Below are positions 26,905 to 35,790 of a stretch of 64,000 nucleotides of DNA, in pieces. The stretch is from an uncultured Bacilli bacterium. GTDB lineage: Bacteria; Bacillota_I; Bacilli_A; RF39; UBA660. The position numbers and the translations under genes were made by a program. Numbering within the stretch: the stretch's first letter is position 1; each line of letters opens with the position of its first letter. Below the pieces are notes generated by a model. The model was not told where the DNA came from. It was given only the letters and a program-made list of their open reading frames with translations, and made no database searches. Where the stretch lies: positions 86,246 through 150,245 of the forward strand of contig CANRCR010000001.1 in the NCBI GenBank assembly GCA_947629165.1, written 5' to 3'.

Positions 26905-26908
26905 TTTT

Positions 26909-27775
26909 ATGGATTTTAAGATATCAATTCCTAGTGCTTACGATATTGGAAGAGCATCCTCTATTTCGAAAGCAGATAATAATCCGCCTTCCTATTTAAG
27001 TGCTTATGCCATGTTTAAAATACATCCTAAGTTAGCTATTCCACTTACTGATTTTGCAATGGTGGTTACACCGAGTCGCTATTCGACTCCGTTTTGGACT
27101 AAAACACCTTTTGATGATCAAATGTATAATTCTTCGTATTTTTCTTATCCGTATGCTACTAATATTTCCGTTTTACCAACATTAAAACCTTCGGAGTCGC
27201 TCTATAAAGATTTGTTTTTAGAGGGAAATTTTTCAGAATCGATTCCAACGGTTCAATTTGGTACCTATCCACAAAATTATGTAACAGATGTAGCTCTTTG
27301 GACAGAATTGAACGAAGCATATCAAGCTAGGACATTACCCAAGACAGGAAACCAATATACTTTTTATCGGAACGAAGCACTCGGAAATTATAAGACGGGA
27401 AGGCTTTGCACTTATGAATCTTTTACTTGGGAAGATCGACAATTTCTTTTTCTTCCAAGTCTTAGAGAAACATTTGCTATTACCTATGATATTTTAGTTC
27501 TTCCCAATCAGCCTATTTGGATTGAAATTCTTCCGGTCGAGTGGAAGATCGATACAAAGCATCAGGTGCTTGTTGCTAGTAAAGTTTTACTTTCAGGTAT
27601 ACCACTTCACAATGACGACTGGTATTCGGGCGATTTTGAAGATAGTTTTTTATATGGCTATCTCAATCATCATTTTAAAAAGCAATTACTTTTTTCTTCA
27701 ACTCCCGTTTCATCCTTGGTCGATACGCATGAAGATTTAAATAAGTTGATGTATAAAAAATTTGGAAAAAGATAA
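26909..27775 (+). CDS. DUF6273-like family paralog 2 (divergent)
   Basis: Start at the ATG at 26909. C-terminal block FGTYPQ...PIWIEILPVEWKIDTKHQVLVASKVLLSGIPL parallels the other paralogs. The N-terminal part is more divergent. Confidence 0.55.
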   Translation: MDFKISIPSAYDIGRASSISKADNNPPSYLSAYAMFKIHPKLAIPLTDFAMVVTPSRYSTPFWTKTPFDDQMYNSSYFSYPYATNISVLPTLKPSESLYKDLFLEGNFSESIPTVQFGTYPQNYVTDVALWTELNEAYQARTLPKTGNQYTFYRNEALGNYKTGRLCTYESFTWEDRQFLFLPSLRETFAITYDILVLPNQPIWIEILPVEWKIDTKHQVLVASKVLLSGIPLHNDDWYSGDFEDSFLYGYLNHHFKKQLLFSSTPVSSLVDTHEDLNKLMYKKFGKR

Positions 27776-27855
27776 TTTTGTTAAAATTTAATTTCGTTTT
27801 ATTTTATCGAACAGTTATGCTTGACGAATTCATTTTAATGTAATAAAATGTAAGT

Positions 27856-27980
27856 AATTGATGCGATGACGGGCTTGGAAACCTAACAGCAATATAGTTT
27901 GAGGGATTCTTATGGAATAAGTAGAGTGGAACCGCGGAGAAACCGTCTCTACAAAATAAGGGTCTTTTTTATTTTCAAGG
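27856..27980 (+). promoter_or_regulatory. T-box riboswitch leader (likely tRNA-Pro-responsive) controlling proS
   Basis: Promoter TTGACG-17-TAAAAT at 27821-27849. Conserved T-box sequence AGAGUGGAACCGCGG at 27923-27937. A candidate specifier CCU (Pro) sits in an A-rich loop around 27882. A U-rich terminator region lies before the RBS. Confidence 0.6.
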
Positions 27981-27990
27981 AGGAATGTTT

Positions 27991-29415
27991 ATGAAAAACA
28001 AAAGTATTACCCCAAGAGATGAAGATTTTGGAAAGTGGTATACCGATGTCGTACAAGCGGCTCATTTAGCGGCTTATTCGAATGTTAAAGGTTGTATTGT
28101 AATGGAACCGAACGGATATGCAATTTGGGAAAATATTCAAAAAGGTTTGGATCGTATGTTTAAGGAAACAGGACATCAAAATATTTGTATGCCTTTATTA
28201 ATTCCTGAAAACTTACTTCGTAAAGAGAGTGATTTAATTAATGGTTTTGCTCCCGAAGTGGCTTGGGTAACGAAAGGGGGAGAAAAAGAACTCGAAGAAC
28301 GGATGTGTATTCGTCCCACTTCGGAAACCCTTTTTAGCGATTACTATAGTACTCTTGTTAAAAGTTATCGTGATTTACCTGTAAAGTACAATCAGTGGTG
28401 TAATGTACTTCGTTGGGAAAAAGAAACACGTCCTTTTTTGCGAGGAAGAGAATTCTTGTGGCAGGAAGGTCATACGATTCATGAAACGAGTGAAGAAGCA
28501 GAACAAGAAACGAGACAGATGTTAGCTATCTATCGTCGGTTCTTTGAAGAGTATTTAGCGATTCCTGTCATTACCGGTAGAAAGACAGAAAAAGAAAAAT
28601 TTGCTGGCGCTGAATACACTTTAACGGTCGAAGCGATGATGCATAGTGGTGTCTCTCTCCAATCGGCTACGAGTCATTATTTTGGACAAAAGTTTTCGCG
28701 CGCATACGACATCAAATTTTTAGATCGAAATAACGAATGGCAATATGCTTATCAAACTTCGTGGGGTGCATCTACACGAATGATTGGTGGACTTATTATG
28801 GTTCATAGCGATGATAATGGATTAGTACTTCCGCCAAAGATTGCGCCTCAACAAGTAGTTATTATTCCAATTAAAGAAAGCGATGCTGTTAACCAATATA
28901 TCGAACCTCTTTTTGAAGCACTTAAAGCAAGTGGTTTAACCGTTCGCGTGGATCGAAGTGATAAATCGGCAGGATTTAAATTCGCCGAGGCGGAAGTCAA
29001 TGGTATTCCAGTTCGAATCGAAGTAGGGGACCGGGATTTACAAGAAGGAAAAGTGACCCTTGTCCGTCGTGATACGAGAGAAAAAATAAACGTAGATAAA
29101 GATAGTGATGTGGTCTCTACCGTTCTCGATTTGTTAGATACAATTCAAAAAGATATGTATTTACGTGCTAAAGAAAATAGAGATCGTTATACCTATGAAG
29201 CCCATACTTTCGAAGAAGTTCAAAAGATTATGGAAACGCATCCCGGTTTTGTTAAAGCAATGTGGTGTGGCGATGAAGCTTGTGAACTTAAGATGAAAGA
29301 GATTAAGGGAACCAAATCTCGTTGTATTTTAGAAGATGCCGAACCGATTGATGATAAGTGTGTTGTTTGTGGCAAGGAAGCAAAACATTTAGTTGTTTGG
29401 GATATTCAATATTAG
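27991..29415 (+). CDS. proS: Proline--tRNA ligase (archaeal/eukaryotic-type ProRS)
   Basis: About 475 aa, class II motifs, C-terminal zinc-binding domain (CGDEAC...CVVCG). Start taken at the ATG at 27991 behind aaggagga. Confidence 0.85.
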   Translation: MKNKSITPRDEDFGKWYTDVVQAAHLAAYSNVKGCIVMEPNGYAIWENIQKGLDRMFKETGHQNICMPLLIPENLLRKESDLINGFAPEVAWVTKGGEKELEERMCIRPTSETLFSDYYSTLVKSYRDLPVKYNQWCNVLRWEKETRPFLRGREFLWQEGHTIHETSEEAEQETRQMLAIYRRFFEEYLAIPVITGRKTEKEKFAGAEYTLTVEAMMHSGVSLQSATSHYFGQKFSRAYDIKFLDRNNEWQYAYQTSWGASTRMIGGLIMVHSDDNGLVLPPKIAPQQVVIIPIKESDAVNQYIEPLFEALKASGLTVRVDRSDKSAGFKFAEAEVNGIPVRIEVGDRDLQEGKVTLVRRDTREKINVDKDSDVVSTVLDLLDTIQKDMYLRAKENRDRYTYEAHTFEEVQKIMETHPGFVKAMWCGDEACELKMKEIKGTKSRCILEDAEPIDDKCVVCGKEAKHLVVWDIQY

Positions 29416-29424
29416 GAGGATGTC

Positions 29425-30795
29425 ATGGAAAAATTAACAATGGAAAAGTTAGTCAATTTTTGTAAACAGTACGGTTTTATTTTTCAGGGAAGTGAAATAT
29501 ATGGAGGACTTGCTAATACGTGGGATTACGGTCCTTTAGGAAGCCGTTTAAAAAATAATATTAAAGATACTTGGCGAAAACGTTTTATTCAAGAAAGACC
29601 CAATGCTTACGAAGTGGATGCCGCTATTTTAATGCATCCTCGTGTTTGGGAAGCCAGTGGCCATGTTGCTAGTTTCTCAGACCCTTTAATCGATTGTAAA
29701 AATTGTAAGATGCGGCATCGTGTCGATAACTTAATTGATGATTTTGATAAAAACGCTCATGCGGACGGAATGACGCAAGATGAAATGATGGCCTATGTTA
29801 AAGAACATAAAGTTCCATGCCCTAAGTGCGGAAAGAGTGACTTTACTCCTATTCGACAATTTAATCTTATGTTTGAAACTTATCGTGGGGTAACCGAAGA
29901 TAGTAAGAATAAAATTTACTTGCGTCCTGAAAATGCGCAAGGAGAGTACGTTAACTTTTTAAATGTACAACGTTCGATGCGCGCAAAACTTCCTTTTAGT
30001 ATCGGTCAGGTTGGAAAAGCTTTTCGAAACGAAATTACACCAGGTAATTTTACTTTTCGAACAATCGAATTTGAACAAATGGAATACCAAACTTTCTGTA
30101 AAGAAGGTACGGATAGTGAACTTTATGCCTATTTCAAGGAATATGCTAAAAAATATTTTATGGATTTAGGACTTCCTGAAAATAAACTTCGTTATCACGA
30201 TCATGAAAAACTAGCTCATTATGCGAAAGAAGCTTGTGATATCGAATACGAATTTAATTTTGGTTGGGGTGAGATTAACGGAACCCATAATCGTACAGAT
30301 TACGATTTGAGTCGTCACCAAGAATATTCGACCGAATCGCAAGCATATTTGGATCCGGATACCAACGAAAAATATATTCCATATATTATTGAATCTACGG
30401 TCGGATGTGATCGTTTGGTTTTAGCTATTTTAGATCAATGTTACGAGGAAGAAACATTGAAAGATGGAACGACGCGCGAAGTAATGCATTTTCATCCATT
30501 CCTTGCTCCTTACAAAGTAGCCGTATTACCACTCGTTAAGAAATTCCATAGCGAAAAAGCAAGTGAGATTTATACTATGTTAAGTAAACATTTTATGACG
30601 AGTTACGATGAAGCAGGAAACATCGGAAAACGTTATCGTAGACAAGATGCCGTTGGAACTCCTTTTGTAATCACCGTGGATGATGAAACTTTAAATCATA
30701 ATACCGTAACGCTTCGTTTCCGGGATTCTATGGAACAAATCACTTTACCACTCGATGAAGTAGTCGATTATATTCAAGCGCGAATCACATTTTAA
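29425..30795 (+). CDS. glyQS: Glycine--tRNA ligase (homodimeric alpha2 type)
   Basis: EIYGGLANTWDYGPLG signature. 456 aa. Confidence 0.9.
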   Translation: MEKLTMEKLVNFCKQYGFIFQGSEIYGGLANTWDYGPLGSRLKNNIKDTWRKRFIQERPNAYEVDAAILMHPRVWEASGHVASFSDPLIDCKNCKMRHRVDNLIDDFDKNAHADGMTQDEMMAYVKEHKVPCPKCGKSDFTPIRQFNLMFETYRGVTEDSKNKIYLRPENAQGEYVNFLNVQRSMRAKLPFSIGQVGKAFRNEITPGNFTFRTIEFEQMEYQTFCKEGTDSELYAYFKEYAKKYFMDLGLPENKLRYHDHEKLAHYAKEACDIEYEFNFGWGEINGTHNRTDYDLSRHQEYSTESQAYLDPDTNEKYIPYIIESTVGCDRLVLAILDQCYEEETLKDGTTREVMHFHPFLAPYKVAVLPLVKKFHSEKASEIYTMLSKHFMTSYDEAGNIGKRYRRQDAVGTPFVITVDDETLNHNTVTLRFRDSMEQITLPLDEVVDYIQARITF

Positions 30796-30824
30796 AAGAC
30801 CTATTTATCTATAGGTCTTTTGTT
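30795..30824. terminator. Bidirectional terminator between glyQS and the convergent gene
   Basis: Perfect hairpin aaagacctatttatctataggtcttt. Confidence 0.65.
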
Positions 30825-31826
30825 TGCCGATTTCGAATTACGATAGACGTATTGTAACGCTGGATTTTCTTTTTTAATCTTGGAAATTATTTTTTCATCA
30901 ATTATTTTTTTAGTTTGTACTAGTTGATCGTATAATTGATCCCGTTCGAAAGGAGTCATTGGTCGCGATAGAAATGAGTCCGTGTTTATTCCATTTTTTG
31001 CGATGGTGCCATAAGTAAGATTGTAAGTCCATTCTTCTTGCTTATTATTTTCTTCTCGATAGACGATTACTTTCTCGTGGTTATCAACTACATCGTGCGA
31101 GATTTCTATGATAGAATGATCTTTCTTAGTTGTTGAATAGTGGCTAAAATAACGTAAACTAGAGCGATGAAACCATGTTTTCATACCATTTTCATCATCT
31201 ATACATTCAAAGTATATACTGTCGTCTCCATTTCCACTAAAGTGGACTTTATCATCTATAGTTATATAATTTTTTAAAGTAATACTGGAGTCTAGATAAG
31301 GATTTACCGCTTTATCAAAGTTCGTAAGGGCTTCTCGAAAATATCTTCCTAGTGTCGTACTTTTACTTTTTTGGATACTTTCTTTTACCGCATTCATCGA
31401 CTGCCTAGTTAGCCACTCATCGAGGGTAAGCGAAGGATTCAACTGCTCTAGTAGCCAGGCATTTAGTTTGACTTTGTTTTCTTCTATCTTTTGAACACTC
31501 GTAGCTTCTTTTCCTTTCTCTTCATCATAGGCATCTTTAAGATGAGACAACACGATTAAAATATTTTCCATTGAATCAGTAAAATAGGTATAATGTCCTT
31601 GATCAATTAATTCACTAAAAACGAACTTTTCTTTACCATAGATCCTCAGTTTAGAAATGACTTTGTAAGGAAGCCTTCCACTAATACACATGGTCTTTTT
31701 TTTCTTTCCTGTTGTAATAACAATCGGGGAGTCCTGTCTTAGGATGATTTCTCCTGTTGTTTTCTTTACTTCATAGTCTTTAAAAGATAAAAGATCAAGT
31801 ATTTGTTGGATGATTTCGATTTGCAT
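30801..31826 (-). CDS. Hypothetical protein (341 aa)
   Basis: Intact minus-strand ORF with RBS aggaggt. No family recognised. Confidence 0.5.
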   Translation of the reverse strand: MQIEIIQQILDLLSFKDYEVKKTTGEIILRQDSPIVITTGKKKKTMCISGRLPYKVISKLRIYGKEKFVFSELIDQGHYTYFTDSMENILIVLSHLKDAYDEEKGKEATSVQKIEENKVKLNAWLLEQLNPSLTLDEWLTRQSMNAVKESIQKSKSTTLGRYFREALTNFDKAVNPYLDSSITLKNYITIDDKVHFSGNGDDSIYFECIDDENGMKTWFHRSSLRYFSHYSTTKKDHSIIEISHDVVDNHEKVIVYREENNKQEEWTYNLTYGTIAKNGINTDSFLSRPMTPFERDQLYDQLVQTKKIIDEKIISKIKKENPALQYVYRNSKSANKRPIDK

Positions 31827-31886
31827 AAGAACCTCCTTTTGGAAATGCCTCTATTGTACCATAAACATCGTTAAAGCAAAAGAACC

Positions 31887-32657
31887 TTAAGTTAAAAAGG
31901 TTCTAATGATCTTATATACATAGTAGGGATTTTCTAAATAGGGAAAGTGTCCTGTTCCTTCAATTAAAACAAGTCCTGAATCCGAAATTTCTGCTTTCAT
32001 CTTTTTGCCATCTTCAAAAGGAGTAGTGGCATCTTTTTCACCCCAAATCAGTAATGTTGGAGCATTTATTTCTTTTAAATAGGGAAAGAGATCCTCTTTG
32101 ACAACATTTTGAAAAGTTTTTCGCATATCGATGGGAAGACTTCGATAATCACTCGAACCAAACTTTTGAAGTAACCATTCAAGGTATTTTTTCTGTTGTT
32201 TTTTAGGAAAAATAGTTCCTAGTTTTTTTAAGATTCGATAAATTTTATTTTTTATTTTTTGATAGAAAGTTTGGGTAGGAAGAATACCGGCACTATCTAA
32301 GAGGATGATTTTAGAAATTGGTAAGTGGTAGTATCCTGCTAAAAGGATGGCGATTCTTCCACCAAAGGAGTGTCCTATTAAAATAGGTTCTTTGAGTTCT
32401 TCTTTTTCGACAAAGGCTTTGATTAGTAACGCATAGTCATAAATTGTTAAATCGTGATGGGGAAACTTCGTGTTTCCAAATCCGGGGTAGTCAAAGATAT
32501 AGATGGTGTGTTCTTTTTGTAATTCTTCAAGGAGATAATGAAAAGTTTTTCTAGTGTCTCCCCATCCAGGTAGTAGAAGAATGGCATGCTCTTTTTCTTC
32601 TCCGTATTTTTCATAATAAAGCGAAATATCTTGATTATCAAAATACATTATCTTCAC
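31887..32657 (-). CDS. Alpha/beta-hydrolase fold protein (esterase/lipase-like)
   Basis: Nucleophile elbow GHSFGG. 256 aa. Confidence 0.7.
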   Translation of the reverse strand: MKIMYFDNQDISLYYEKYGEEKEHAILLLPGWGDTRKTFHYLLEELQKEHTIYIFDYPGFGNTKFPHHDLTIYDYALLIKAFVEKEELKEPILIGHSFGGRIAILLAGYYHLPISKIILLDSAGILPTQTFYQKIKNKIYRILKKLGTIFPKKQQKKYLEWLLQKFGSSDYRSLPIDMRKTFQNVVKEDLFPYLKEINAPTLLIWGEKDATTPFEDGKKMKAEISDSGLVLIEGTGHFPYLENPYYVYKIIRTFLT

Positions 32658-32754
32658 CTAGTATAATGTATGTTTGGAGTGGTTTTATTGTTCCAAAGTG
32701 ACAAATGAAGAAAAATTAGTATATTTTTTTACAAATTATGATATAATAGAATTG

Positions 32755-32972
32755 TCTAGAGGGTTTTCGATTGTTATCCAATATAAAACCGACTAAAATA
32801 ACGATACGGGAGTTCGGATCAGTCGTCGGTGTTGAAGACCTTTTCCTTTTCGATTAGGGATCCTAATGGCGGCGTATGGACACCCACCTGTACATGGGTG
32901 CAGGTTTTATCGTTGATAGCGTCGACCCTTTGGACTTATTTGATATGTTACAAGCGCCTGCTTGTTTTTTTC
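32755..32972 (+). ncRNA. Candidate stand-alone structured small RNA (unassigned; 6S-like size)
   Basis: Extended -10 promoter (TGATATAAT at 32739-32747). About 215 nt with several strong local hairpins (attagg/cctaat; cacccA/Tgggtg), visibly GC-richer than the flanks. Ends in a clean intrinsic terminator (acaagcgcctgcttgt plus T7 at 32950-32972). The downstream gene has its own TTGCTT-17-TATAAT promoter. Confidence 0.45.
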
Positions 32973-33030
32973 TTGCTTTTTTTATAATTCATTTATATAA
33001 TGTCTATAGGTAGTAAGGCGGTTAGATAAC

Positions 33031-33723
33031 ATGTATTATTTTCCGGTATTAAATAAAAATCATATGGATTTATACAAATTAGTTTTAAAGGATGCCCGTT
33101 TTGAAAAACAAACGGGGAGTCGGTCGATCGACGACTTGAAACTTTCTTTTGTACCCAAAGATGAAGAAACTGTCTGTGAAGTACCTTTTTATGGAAATGA
33201 TTTGTTACCTTGGGATATCGTATCTACTTTAGCTCAAAGTACTCGTGATACTTACTGTATAAAAGGTCGGGAAGGGGATTATATTATTCCTATTCCTACT
33301 TTATCAACGGCTTATGGATTTCGGGCGATGGCACGAGGAACGCTCTATTATCATTTGCTTTATCAGATGGCGGATGAAACGATGCAGGATGAATTTTTTG
33401 ATCTAGCTCATTTTGTCAATCGAAAGGGCGCTTTTCAAACAGTCATTGATTCTTTCGAACAAACTGGATTTTGTCCTTGGAAACAAAAAGATAAAAATGT
33501 GCTTCCTTCTTTTGTAGAACCTGTTTTAGTGAAAAGTTTACCGGTGGTTCGACTTGCCACTTTTACTAAAAAAGAACGAATGTATACTTGGAACCGGTAT
33601 TGGAATAATTATTTATCTCTTGCCAAGCAAAATGGAGATATTATCTATCCAGAACTAATCGATACTATTCCTCCTGTTGAACAAGAAGTAGATCAAGCCG
33701 TTTTCCAAAAAATATTAAAGTAG
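33031..33723 (+). CDS. Hypothetical protein (230 aa)
   Basis: Intact ORF with its own promoter and RBS ggcgg. Confidence 0.5.
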   Translation: MYYFPVLNKNHMDLYKLVLKDARFEKQTGSRSIDDLKLSFVPKDEETVCEVPFYGNDLLPWDIVSTLAQSTRDTYCIKGREGDYIIPIPTLSTAYGFRAMARGTLYYHLLYQMADETMQDEFFDLAHFVNRKGAFQTVIDSFEQTGFCPWKQKDKNVLPSFVEPVLVKSLPVVRLATFTKKERMYTWNRYWNNYLSLAKQNGDIIYPELIDTIPPVEQEVDQAVFQKILK

Positions 33724-33730
33724 GGATGAT

Positions 33731-34417
33731 ATGCGAAAAGAATTTGAACGATTTGAAAAATTAATAGGAACGGAATCACTTTTAAATCTTTCTCGTAAAA
33801 CCGTTTGTATCGTCGGTTTGGGAGGGGTTGGAGGTTACGTTCTTGAAGCCTTGGCACGAAGTGGTATCACGTCTTTTGTGTTAGTAGATTTTGATGTTGT
33901 CGATAGGACCAATATCAACCGACAAATTATTGCTTTACAGTCGACTATCGGACAAAAGAAAATCGAGGCTTGGAAAAAGCGGTTACTGGATATTAATCCC
34001 GAAATTCGTGTCATTACTTATGACTTTTTCTATCAGGATACTTATGAAGCGACACTTTTTCAAAATAAAATCGACTTTTTAGTCGATGCTTGTGATTCGA
34101 TTCCTGCTAAAGAGAATTTAATACAGGCTTGTCTTACGCGAAAGATTCCTTTTATTTCCAGTATGGGAACCGGGAAGAGGTTAGATCCTAGTAAATTGTA
34201 TATTACCGATTTGACCAAGACTTCTTACGATCCGATTGCACGTATTTTAAGAAAATGGGCAAAAGATCAAGGGATAAAAGCTAAAATACCGGTTTTAACT
34301 TCCACGGAAATTCCTCGTAAAAGTGAAGGGACGACCGTTTCTTCGTGTGCTTTTGTTCCATCGAGTGCCGGGTTACTTATCGCTTCCTATGTCGTATCTC
34401 AACTACAAAAAAAATAG
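33731..34417 (+). CDS. ThiF/MoeB-family E1-like adenylyltransferase (TcdA/CsdL-like tRNA t6A dehydratase candidate)
   Basis: Nucleotide-binding motif VCIVGLGGVGGYVLEALARSGI and DFDVVDRTNINRQ. Confidence 0.7.
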   Translation: MRKEFERFEKLIGTESLLNLSRKTVCIVGLGGVGGYVLEALARSGITSFVLVDFDVVDRTNINRQIIALQSTIGQKKIEAWKKRLLDINPEIRVITYDFFYQDTYEATLFQNKIDFLVDACDSIPAKENLIQACLTRKIPFISSMGTGKRLDPSKLYITDLTKTSYDPIARILRKWAKDQGIKAKIPVLTSTEIPRKSEGTTVSSCAFVPSSAGLLIASYVVSQLQKK

Positions 34418-34443
34418 AGTTCCACGGGAACTCTTTTTCTTTT

Positions 34444-35061
34444 TTATAATTTTCTATATAATCCTACGACTTTTCCTAAAACCGTTACGTTTGCTAAGAT
34501 AATTGGTGCCATCGTATCATTTTCTGGTTGAAGGCGAAAGTGATCTTTTTCTTTATAAAAAGTTTTTACTGTCACTTCGTTTTGATCAGTCATCGCTACT
34601 ACGGTATCTCCGTTATTTGCCGTCGACTGTCTTTGAACAATTAAGATATCACCATCGTAAATACCGACGTTAATCATAGATTCACCACTTACTTTAAGGG
34701 TAAAAACTTCTTTTTTATTCGGAATTAAATTGATTGGTAGGGCAAAGAACTCATCGGGAACTTCGATTGCTTCAATCGGATTTCCTGCAGTTACTTTACC
34801 AAGTAAAGGTACTTGCACCACATCTTCTTTCGTTTCTTCGTATTCGTTTGGCACTAATAGTTCGATGGTTCTATTTTTGGATGCATCTTTTTTAATGTAT
34901 CCTTTTTCTTCGATTTTTTTAAGATGAAAATGGATGGTAGCGGGTGACTTTAAATCAAGCATAGCACCGATTTCTCGAACGGTAGGTGGGAAGCCTTTTT
35001 TAGCAATAAATTCTTTTACAGCTTTTAATATATCACTTTGACGTTTAGTTAGTTTTTCCAT
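34444..35061 (-). CDS. lexA: LexA repressor
   Basis: Start chosen at the Met behind a perfect RBS (rev-comp ggaggag). Winged HTH plus S24 peptidase with Ser/Lys dyad (GESM...K). Cheo-like boxes in its upstream region. Confidence 0.85.
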   Translation of the reverse strand: MEKLTKRQSDILKAVKEFIAKKGFPPTVREIGAMLDLKSPATIHFHLKKIEEKGYIKKDASKNRTIELLVPNEYEETKEDVVQVPLLGKVTAGNPIEAIEVPDEFFALPINLIPNKKEVFTLKVSGESMINVGIYDGDILIVQRQSTANNGDTVVAMTDQNEVTVKTFYKEKDHFRLQPENDTMAPIILANVTVLGKVVGLYRKL

Positions 35062-35136
35062 TTTATCTCCTCCTTCTATTTCTACTTTACCATAAGATGT
35101 GTCAATTGTCAAACAAATGTTCAAAAAACTATTGAC

Positions 35137-35150
35137 CGAACAGTTGTTCG
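35137..35150. promoter_or_regulatory. LexA (Cheo) box CGAACAGTTGTTCG inside the spacer of a TTGACC-17-TATAAT promoter
   Basis: Exact match to the Gram-positive SOS box CGAACRNRYGTTCG. It is flanked by a -35 at 35132-35137 and a -10 at 35155-35160. A second degenerate box AAACAAATGTTC lies at 35111-35123, toward lexA. Confidence 0.75.
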
Positions 35151-35189
35151 ATAATATAATGGAAGTATAAGAAAGAGAGGTAATGAAAA

Positions 35190-35339
35190 ATGAAATTGAA
35201 AAGACAAGTTAAAATGGTTTTAGTAGGATATCTTGTGGTCGCGCTTATTTCTGTGATTGCAATGAACCGAATCGAAAAATTAGAAAGTATGGAAGATGTT
35301 GCTACTTGTAATGAAAAAGTAGCACTTAATGTACAATAG
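35190..35339 (+). CDS. Small SOS-regulated membrane protein (49 aa), candidate cell-division inhibitor (YneA/SosA analog)
   Basis: MKLKRQVKMVLVGYLVVALISVIAMNRIEKLESMEDVATCNEKVALNVQ. Single TM segment, RBS gagagg, transcribed divergently from lexA and downstream of the Cheo box. Below the ORF-track cutoff. Confidence 0.5.
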   Translation: MKLKRQVKMVLVGYLVVALISVIAMNRIEKLESMEDVATCNEKVALNVQ

Positions 35340-35350
35340 TGGAGGCGTTT

Positions 35351-35734
35351 ATGCGTAGAGAATGTTATTATGTATCTGTTCTTACGATGGACCCTTCGAC
35401 TGGAAGAGTTCTTTTTATTTATCCTTCTAAGCGAAAACGATGTACTTTGCCTCAACTGAAAATTCTTTCCAATCAAGTGGCACCTTCGTATTTGAAAGAA
35501 AAAATTAAACGATGTACCGGATATGATATTTCTTTTTTAGGTCCTGTCCAAGAAAGCATTTTGGATTCTTACTTTAAAAAGAAGATTCCACATATTCAAT
35601 ATGTCGCTTATGTAACCGGTGGTTTTCCTTTAGATAATCAAAATAATTTTGTATGGCTAAACATTCATGAAATGGTCGAACGAAAGATTTCTCCAACGAT
35701 TATTGCAAGTGCTCGTTATTTCGGATGTTATTGA
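35351..35734 (+). CDS. Hypothetical protein (127 aa) in the LexA-regulated operon
   Basis: ATG at 35351 behind ggagg. No family recognised. Confidence 0.45.
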   Translation: MRRECYYVSVLTMDPSTGRVLFIYPSKRKRCTLPQLKILSNQVAPSYLKEKIKRCTGYDISFLGPVQESILDSYFKKKIPHIQYVAYVTGGFPLDNQNNFVWLNIHEMVERKISPTIIASARYFGCY

Positions 35735-35790
35735 AGTTTTTTATTTTGTCTCTCATGGAAACATGATATAATACCAATAGGTGATACTCA

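Noticed and set aside
32755-32972. Assigning the structured RNA to SRP RNA, tmRNA or RNase P
   Set aside because: The SRP domain IV GGAA/AGCAG motif is absent; there is no tmRNA-style tRNA-like ends/tag ORF; and the RNA is far too short for RNase P. It is left as an unassigned sRNA candidate.
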